Assembly (NCBI RefSeq): GCF_035285525.1
Contig: NZ_JAYKGW010000138.1
Span: 1 to 32,000 of the forward strand
Direction: 5' to 3'
Origin: Okeania sp.
GTDB lineage: Bacteria; Cyanobacteriota; Cyanobacteriia; Cyanobacteriales; Microcoleaceae
DNA length: 32,000 nucleotides
This document shows positions 26,048-32,000 of this stretch, piece after piece; positions within the stretch are counted from its first letter, which is position 1, and each line of letters opens with the position of its first letter. A model generated the notes under the pieces. The model made no database searches and had not been told where the DNA came from. It was given only the letters and a program-made list of their open reading frames with translations. Both the position numbers and the translations under genes were made by a program.

Positions 26048-26403
26048 ATGTAGGTTCTTGTAGAAGGAAGTGAAACCTAACACGGGTCTTAATAATGTTG
26101 GGTTTCGTTCTTCAATCCAACCTACCCTTAAAATCCACACTTTTAAGATGTAGGTTCTTGTAGAAGGAAGTGAAACCTAACACGGGTCTTACTAATGCTA
26201 ATGTTGGGTTGAGGAACGAAACCCAACCTACCCTTAAAATCCACACTTTTAAGATGTATGTCCTTGTAGAAGGAAGTGAAACCCAACACGGGTCTTGCTA
26301 ATGCTAATGTTGGGTTTCGTTCCTCAACCCAACCTACCCTTAAAATCCACACTTTTAAGATGTAGGTTCTTGTAGAAGGAAGTGAAACCCAACACGGGTC
26401 TTA
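26048..26403 (+). repeat. Tandem array of 3.4 units of 100-106 bp (26048-26147, 26148-26253, 26254-26359, partial 26360-26403), each with overlapping hairpins
   Basis: The unit is ATGTAGGTTCTTGTAGAAGGAAGTGAAACC(C/T)AACACGGGTCTT(A/G)CTAATGCTAATGTTGGGTTTCGTTCCTCAACCCAACCTACCCTTAAAATCCACACTTTTAAG. There are no unique spacers. Confidence 0.92.
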
Positions 26404-26447
26404 TTTCCCTGCTTCCAATCCTGAAACCAACTTTTTCATATAAAATT

Positions 26448-29309
26448 ATGTGGATTGTTAATCAAAATCAAGCTCATAAAAATCAAAACTATTTAGACAC
26501 ACTAATCAAACCAAAAATCGGTAAAATTATTAGCATTTTATTGATATTTTTTATATCAATTATAGTTACTATATTTATTATTCCAGCAACACAAGCTCAA
26601 TATTTACCATTTCTCCAAGTACAACAAATTAGTTCTACAAAAGAAAATAATCATCCTTATGCAAAATTAGTTAATAGAACTGAAAAATTACCAGGAATGT
26701 TTACCCTTTATAGAGACCAACAAACAAGTAAAACATTAATGGAAATTCAACCAGAACAACTGAATAAAAATTTCCTTTCTGTGATTACTTTAGAATCTGG
26801 TATTGGTGAAGCAGGTTTAATTAGTGGTATACCCCTAAAAGATTTTGTATTCCAGTTACGGAAACACCAAGATAAGATTCAATTTGTATTGCCAAATATT
26901 AAATTCCGTAGCGACAAACTACACCCACAATCCCGCTTGATTCAACGTTCTTTTAGTGATTCAGTTTTATATTCTATTCCGATAGAAGCAACTCACCCTC
27001 AAACCCAGGCATTATTAATTGATTTAGAAAATTTATTGCTGGGAGATTTAAACTTACCATCATTAGAAGAATACTTACCTTATGATTACTCAATAGAACA
27101 TCAAAATTCTTATATTAGTGATGCTAAAGTATTTCCTTTGAATATAGAATTAGAGTCGGTTTATAGAATCTTAAATCAAGATAATTCAGGATATTTAGAA
27201 TCAGTGCCAGATAGTCGTGCTTTTAATATCAGAGTTCGCTACAGTTTTTCTGAATTACCAACAAATAATGGTTATATTCCTCGACTTGCAGATGAAAGAG
27301 TAGGTTATTTTATTACTGCTTATCAAGATATTTCCAATAATAGTCGTCGGGAACCTTTTGTTCGTTATATTAATAGATGGAATTTAGAAAAACAAATTCC
27401 TAGCGCACCTTTATCACCACCTTTAGAACCAATAACTTTTTGGATTGAAAATACAGTTCCCATCGAATATCGTGATGCTATTCGAGAAGGAGTTTTAATG
27501 TGGAATAAAGCTTTTGAAAAAGCCGGATTTATTGACGCTATTCAAGTTAGACAAATGCCTGATGATTCTACTTGGGATCCAGCAGATGTTCGTTACAATA
27601 CGATTCGTTGGTCTACCTCTTTTGAATCTTGGTTTGAAGGCTATGGACCCTCCCGTGTAAACCCATTAACTGGGCAAATTTTAGATGCAGATATTATCTT
27701 AGATGGAGGAGTTATTAGAAACATTAAATATGGTAATATAGGTGGTCTAGTTTTACAAAATCAATCTTTGGCTAAAGCTTTTAAAAATAAGGATGGTAAA
27801 AATTATAATCCCTGTGTTTTAGATATATATTCTCGTTATTTAGATAGTCGAAAAATTGAGGCAGAAGCAAATCTTGCCAATAACAATATAGAATCTATAA
27901 TTCCTAAGTCTTTGCAAACACAATTTCTATCTTCTCATAACTCATCATTATCAAACTCCCACTCATCAGAACATTTTTGTTTTGGTTGGAACTCATCTCA
28001 ACAGTTAGCAGTAGGAGCAATAGCAATAGATGTTTTGCCAAAAGTCATACCTGACACAAAAGATATGGAAAAGTACGTCAATCAATACTTAAAACATCTC
28101 ACTGCTCACGAAGTTGGTCATACTCTTGGTCTCAGACATAATTTCCACGGTAGTACCATGTTAGCTCCAGAAGAGTTGAATGATACCAACATTACTCGCA
28201 CCAAAGGTTTAGTTGGATCGGTTATGGATTATGTATCAGTTAACCTTGCGCCCCAGGGAACAACCCAGGGAGACTATTTTCCGGTTATCGTCGGTCCTTA
28301 TGATGAATGGGCGATTGAATATGGTTACAAACCCAGTGGAATAGCTAGTTATATTGGTGAAAAAGGATTTTTACAAGACATTGCGAATAGAGCAGTAGAA
28401 CCAGAATTATCCTATGCACCAGATGAAGACTCTTATGACATTCTCGATCCAGCAGCAAATAAATATGACCTCAGTAGTAATACATTGACTTATTCTCAAT
28501 GGCAACTAGATAACGCCGAGAATATCTGGCAAAAATTAGAAAAGCGTGTTCCCAGAAGTGATGAAAGTTATGGCGATATCCGGGTAATGTTTGATACGGT
28601 CTTCTTTTATTATTTCCGGCAAATATGGAATGCTACTTTGTATGTGGGGGGTCAGTCGTTTAACCGAGAGAATATCAAAAACGTTGATGGTCGTTTGCCT
28701 TTTGAACCAATACCTGTAGAAAAACAACGCCAAGCATTAGAAATACTGAATAAATATGTTTTTAGTAAGGAGGCGCTACAGTTTTCACCAGATTTATTGA
28801 ATAAGTTAGCACCGTCACGTTGGCAGCATTGGGGGAGTCCTGTTCTTATTTTTCCTTTAGATTATCCAATTCAAGATCGGATTTTATTGGTGCAACAAGT
28901 AGTTTTAGGATCGCTCCTTTCTGATACTCGTTTAACTCGTTTACGAGATTCGGAGTTGAAGACAACGCCAGATAATGTTTTACACTTACCAGAACTTTTT
29001 GATACTTTGCAAAATAGTATTTGGAGGGAAGTCTTGCAACCAAATGAGAAACAAGTTAAGATTTCCAGTATGCGTCGTTCTTTACAACGGGAACATCTGA
29101 ATTTATTAATTTCAATAGTATTGCGTAATCGTAGGGTACCTGAAGATGCTCGGAGTTTAGCTTGGTATGAGTTGCGACAACTGGATAAAGATTTGGAGAA
29201 AATAATTAAAAAACGGGGTAAAAAAATGGATGATTATACTAGAGCGCACCTAGAAGAAACACGCGCTCGGATTATGAAAACTTGGAATGCACAATTAGAA
29301 TCTAATTAG
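26448..29309 (+). CDS. Zinc metalloprotease of the metzincin type (DUF5117/DUF4953-like) with an N-terminal signal-anchor
   Basis: The motif HEVGHTLGLRH (nt 28107-28139) is an extended HExxHxxGxxH. It is followed by GSVMDY. There is an N-terminal hydrophobic segment, IISILLIFFISIIVTIFIIPATQAQ. The track start at 26382 is a GTG inside the last tandem-repeat unit, so the ATG at 26448 is preferred. Confidence 0.85.
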   Translation: MWIVNQNQAHKNQNYLDTLIKPKIGKIISILLIFFISIIVTIFIIPATQAQYLPFLQVQQISSTKENNHPYAKLVNRTEKLPGMFTLYRDQQTSKTLMEIQPEQLNKNFLSVITLESGIGEAGLISGIPLKDFVFQLRKHQDKIQFVLPNIKFRSDKLHPQSRLIQRSFSDSVLYSIPIEATHPQTQALLIDLENLLLGDLNLPSLEEYLPYDYSIEHQNSYISDAKVFPLNIELESVYRILNQDNSGYLESVPDSRAFNIRVRYSFSELPTNNGYIPRLADERVGYFITAYQDISNNSRREPFVRYINRWNLEKQIPSAPLSPPLEPITFWIENTVPIEYRDAIREGVLMWNKAFEKAGFIDAIQVRQMPDDSTWDPADVRYNTIRWSTSFESWFEGYGPSRVNPLTGQILDADIILDGGVIRNIKYGNIGGLVLQNQSLAKAFKNKDGKNYNPCVLDIYSRYLDSRKIEAEANLANNNIESIIPKSLQTQFLSSHNSSLSNSHSSEHFCFGWNSSQQLAVGAIAIDVLPKVIPDTKDMEKYVNQYLKHLTAHEVGHTLGLRHNFHGSTMLAPEELNDTNITRTKGLVGSVMDYVSVNLAPQGTTQGDYFPVIVGPYDEWAIEYGYKPSGIASYIGEKGFLQDIANRAVEPELSYAPDEDSYDILDPAANKYDLSSNTLTYSQWQLDNAENIWQKLEKRVPRSDESYGDIRVMFDTVFFYYFRQIWNATLYVGGQSFNRENIKNVDGRLPFEPIPVEKQRQALEILNKYVFSKEALQFSPDLLNKLAPSRWQHWGSPVLIFPLDYPIQDRILLVQQVVLGSLLSDTRLTRLRDSELKTTPDNVLHLPELFDTLQNSIWREVLQPNEKQVKISSMRRSLQREHLNLLISIVLRNRRVPEDARSLAWYELRQLDKDLEKIIKKRGKKMDDYTRAHLEETRARIMKTWNAQLESN

Positions 29310-29351
29310 GAGAGTGTCGGGAGTCTAGGAAATCTGGGAAGAAGGGAGAAA

Positions 29352-29440
29352 TACAGCAAATTTTGAGAAAATGATGTATAGGGTAAATGGTAAAAACATT
29401 GTAGTGCGGACATCTTGCTCGCAAGGCAGAAAAATCACGG
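29352..29440 (+). repeat. Family W repeat, fourth copy
   Basis: TACAGCAAATTTTGAGAAAATGATGTATAGGGTAAATGGTAAAAACATTGTAGTGCGGACATCTTGCTCGCAAGG. It is nested between the inverted ends GGAGAGTGT (29310-) and CCACACTCT (about 29500). Confidence 0.75.
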
Positions 29441-29583
29441 CATAATTCTTCCTCCTACTTTCTCTGTCTTCCCACACTTCCCACACTCCGCAACCTCCCC
29501 ACACTCTGCTTGATTCGGCAAACCCTACTTAGGACTTGCTGAATTATTTATCAAAGTGTTTATGGGCATTGCTTTCAGCATTT

Positions 29584-29682
29584 ATAGATAGTAATAAAGT
29601 ACCAGCTTTTAGGTGATTCCAGTTTAAAAATCTAGGATTTTGGGCATTTTGAAGGGTAAAAAATTAGAGTAAGATTCTTCTG
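29584..29682 (+). repeat. Family X dispersed repeat, copy 3
   Basis: ATAGATAGTAATAAAGTACCAGCTTTTAGGTGATTCCAGTTTAAAAATCTAGGATTTTGGGCATTTTGAAGGG... is close to the reverse complement of 9649-9747. Confidence 0.8.
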
Positions 29683-29743
29683 TACGGAGGTTGCATAAGG
29701 GCATCCACCTACTCTTCTACGATTCTTATTTCTCCTGACTTCT

Positions 29744-29781
29744 GGATTGCAGGATTGCAGGATTGCAGGATTGCAGGATTC
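29744..29781. repeat. Octamer tandem tract (GGATTGCA x4.7)
   Basis: GGATTGCAGGATTGCAGGATTGCAGGATTGCAGGATTC read directly. Confidence 0.95.
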
Positions 29782-29880
29782 TGGCTCCTCCCCGCTACTA
29801 AAAGACTTTTTTAGCCAACCTTACTTATGGTTTCCTGAATAGATATAAAAGCCTTCTCTGTAAAGGCTTTTAGCATTTTT

Positions 29881-30011
29881 AGATATGGAAAAAGTACCTG
29901 CTTTACGGTTCCCGAAAAATCAGCTCTTAATGCTTAAAAATTTACCATTTTCGGCAAAAGTTGGAAAAAAAATTACTCCCCTACTCTCCTACTCCCCTAC
30001 TCCCCTACTCC
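29881..30011 (+). repeat. Family X dispersed repeat, copy 4, ending in an octamer tract (TACTCCCC x4.7) 6 nt from the msrA stop
   Basis: AGATATGGAAAAAGTACCTGCTTTACGGTTCCCGAAAAATCAG...TTTACCATTTTCGGC...AAAAAAAATTACTCCCCTACTCTCCTACTCCCCTACTCCCCTACTCC. Confidence 0.8.
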
Positions 30012-30017
30012 TTAACC

Positions 30018-30551
30018 CTACTGAGACACTTTATCTGGGAAATATTTCTTGAGTTTTTGCAACTTGGGCGGAATTGAAAATACACAATAAGGTTGAAAAG
30101 GATTCTTATTAAAATAGTTTTGATGATATTCTTCAGCTCTATAATAATCTCTTAAATCAACCACTTCAGTTACAATAGGATTTTGAAATGTACCATTACT
30201 GCTCAAAGTAGAAATTACTTCTTGAGCAATATCTTTTTGTTCTTGGGAATGACACATAATCACAGAACGATACTGAGTACCAACATCATTTCCTTGTCTA
30301 TTTAGTGTGGTGGGATCGTGAGTTGCAAAAAATATCTCTAATATTTCCTGTAGAGATATTTTTTCAGTGTCAAAAGAAACTTTCACCACCTCAGCATGAC
30401 CAGTTCTTCCAGAACATATAGATCTATAGTCAGGATTTTTAGTATTCCCTCCAGCATAACCAGACTCTACTTCCTTTACCCCTGCTACAGCGAGAAAAAC
30501 AGATTCTACACACCAGAAACATCCGCCACCCAATACAATTGTATCTAACAT
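30018..30551 (-). CDS. msrA: Peptide-methionine (S)-S-oxide reductase MsrA
   Basis: It has the GGGCFWC active-site motif near the N-terminus plus GHAEVV and HDPTTLNRQG.D.GTQYRS. The track start at 30566 is a TTG. The ATG at 30551 (MLDTIVLGGGCFWC) is preferred. Confidence 0.93.
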   Translation of the reverse strand: MLDTIVLGGGCFWCVESVFLAVAGVKEVESGYAGGNTKNPDYRSICSGRTGHAEVVKVSFDTEKISLQEILEIFFATHDPTTLNRQGNDVGTQYRSVIMCHSQEQKDIAQEVISTLSSNGTFQNPIVTEVVDLRDYYRAEEYHQNYFNKNPFQPYCVFSIPPKLQKLKKYFPDKVSQ

Positions 30552-30974
30552 TATTTTCTCTTCCAAATTTTGGCTTTAATGTACATTAAATATTCATTGT
30601 AAACTGATTGTAGAGAAATAATTAGATTCAGATAATTGAAACCTTTATTAAATGAACTGTTATCAAAACTTATCAGCAGGATAAACTCAACAAAACCTCT
30701 GAAAATTTTGTCTTACAGGGTGACAAGCAAACTATATTTTTTAATCAAAGCTACCGAATTTAAAGTTTTTCCTTCTCAAGCAACTTTATTAAATTAGAAA
30801 GCCATACTAAATCTAGTTTAAAAAGAAGATTTACTGTTTAAATAAAATTCTAACTTTTAAGCTAAAAAAACCCTGCAAGTTTTTATAACCTGCAAGATTT
30901 AATTATTAGTTTGTTCTGATATTTGGCTCATTGCAATCAGATATGAGATTTTGCCTATTAAATTTAACTAATAG

Positions 30975-31243
30975 GTAAGCATTCAGCCATTAACTATCAG
31001 CTATCAGCTATTAATATCAAATCTACCTTTGGACAATAAAATCCATATTGGGAAAAACTTCAATCTTGGTAAGGTTTGGAGAAAAATATTGAATTGTACC
31101 AATACTACTAGATTTGAAACTATTATTAAATTTATCCTCTAAAGATAATAGCTGTTTAGCTGCGCGACGTGGAAAGTGGAGCATTCCCTATACGAAAAAG
31201 CGCAGCTCCTCTCCAAGAAACAAGCTGATAGCTGAATACTTAC
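30975..31243. mobile_element. MITE-like element, GTAAGCATTCAGC-TIR family
   Basis: GTAAGCATTCAGC (30975-30987) and GCTGAATACTTAC (31231-31243) are inverted repeats. CTATCAG / GCTGATA heptamers lie inside both ends. Confidence 0.6.
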
Positions 31244-31248
31244 ACTAA

Positions 31249-31359
31249 TAGACATCTCCAGAAAAGAGAGATTAGGAAATAGGAAATGGGAAATAAAGGA
31301 AAATAATAGATGATTTCTGTCTGATAGTCGATTTAATTTTTTCCTGTTGGAGATGTCTA
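31249..31359. mobile_element. 111-bp element with perfect 12-bp terminal inverted repeats TAGACATCTCCA / TGGAGATGTCTA
   Basis: The TIRs were read directly. The interior has a GGAAATA heptamer tract. A related ...CATTAGACATCTCCAAAAA end occurs near 17790. Confidence 0.65.
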
Positions 31360-31392
31360 ATAATAGTCTTACTTTAATAGCGAAGTGATTAA

Positions 31393-32000
31393 TTAATTGA
31401 GAACAACAGTATTATCAGGGATACCGTTTAAATTAACACCTCCTGCTTGTCCATTTACCTGGTTCGCAGGTACTATGCTGCCATCAGGTAATTGAACTAA
31501 TAATACACCTGTAACTGGATCTGGTTGAGGAGGAGCCTCAACTAAAGGAGTACCAACTGGACTGATTCCCACTAGATTAGGTAGTCCGAAGTTGTTAACT
31601 CCATCACCTCCATACTGAGTACCTACTAAACCAAACAACTGACCATTTTCAGCAACTGGCAACAGTTGACCTTCAAGAGAGAAGAAACCAGATGGCACGG
31701 TTTGATTAGGCCATAGAATAATTTCTCCAGTTAAAAAGTCTGTGGGAGCGTTGTCTCCAGCAATTATGTAGCCAATAGGGAATGTGGGAATTCCCGGACC
31801 AGCAGGACCAGCCGGACCAGTCGCACCCACGGGACCAGCCGGACCAGCCGGACCAGTTGCACCCACAGGACCAGCCGGACCTATAGGACCTACAGGACCT
31901 ATTGGACCAGTTGCACCGGGAGCCCCAGCCGGACCTGCAGGACCTAGTGGACCAGTTGCACCGGGAGCCCCAGCCAGACCAGGAGCACCATCAGCACCAG
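31393..32000 (-). CDS. Collagen-like (Gly-X-Y) repeat protein with a C-terminal phage-tail-collar domain (MdpB-like). Partial: the 5' end lies beyond the window.
   Basis: The reading frame stays open to nt 32000, with about 20 or more uninterrupted G-X-Y triplets ([47 protein letters not shown]...). The C-terminus, [49 protein letters not shown], matches my memory of the tail-collar pattern. The M at 31866 in the track is an internal GTG (Val). Confidence 0.85.
   Translation of the reverse strand, partial: GADGAPGLAGAPGATGPLGPAGPAGAPGATGPIGPVGPIGPAGPVGATGPAGPAGPVGATGPAGPAGPGIPTFPIGYIIAGDNAPTDFLTGEIILWPNQTVPSGFFSLEGQLLPVAENGQLFGLVGTQYGGDGVNNFGLPNLVGISPVGTPLVEAPPQPDPVTGVLLVQLPDGSIVPANQVNGQAGGVNLNGIPDNTVVLN

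Noticed and set aside
26143-26352. 69-aa minus-strand ORF
   Set aside because: It lies wholly inside the 100-106 bp tandem array, so its peptide is internally repetitive for that reason.
26382-26447. GTG start extending the metzincin ORF by 22 codons
   Set aside because: The GTG and the following 20 nt belong to the last partial tandem-repeat unit. The ATG at 26448 precedes the signal-anchor at a normal distance.
1-32000. A defence island, prophage, DGR or toxin-antitoxin system hidden in the window
   Set aside because: No ORF shows nuclease, helicase/ATPase, reverse transcriptase, integrase, transposase, capsid/terminase or TA-like features. The gene content is housekeeping plus envelope or secreted proteins. 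The collagen/tail-collar gene is the only phage-flavoured item, and it stands alone on the visible side.

Overview
AT-rich chromosomal DNA that looks like a filamentous, heterocyst-forming (Nostocales-like) cyanobacterium. The basis is at least 11 perfect HIP1 octamers (GCGATCGC) counted by eye, many heptameric STRR tracts, a PEP-CTERM protein and a cruF/cruG pair. I support 16 protein-coding genes: mltG, an acidic DUF1292/DUF3727-like protein, ruvX, a GNAT acetyltransferase, a membrane-anchored CofE-like protein, cruF, cruG, a 3xCHRD + RTX protein, glcF, a PEP-CTERM protein, ppc, an 82-aa hypothetical, a 1048-aa membrane protein, a ~950-aa metzincin, msrA and a partial collagen-like/tail-collar protein. 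I found no rRNA, tRNA, CRISPR array, transposase, reverse transcriptase or recognisable defence genes. Intergenic regions are long (0.4-1.5 kb) and are mosaics of MITE-like elements, hairpin repeats and tandem arrays. I see no convincing multi-gene novel system; this is mostly core-genome content. The best leads are: (1) the 1048-aa protein, which has four copies of an unrecognised ~90-110 aa module, one TM helix and an SGNH-like domain, and sits next to the metzincin; (2) an in-frame TAG that cuts off a conserved N-terminal extension of the CHRD-RTX gene; (3) a 100-106 bp tandem array with a flipped hairpin loop and mutually exclusive stems; (4) an array of eight 15-bp palindromes; (5) STRR tracts that sit exactly on start and stop codons. 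All coordinates and alignments were done by eye and all product calls come from remembered family motifs, not searches.
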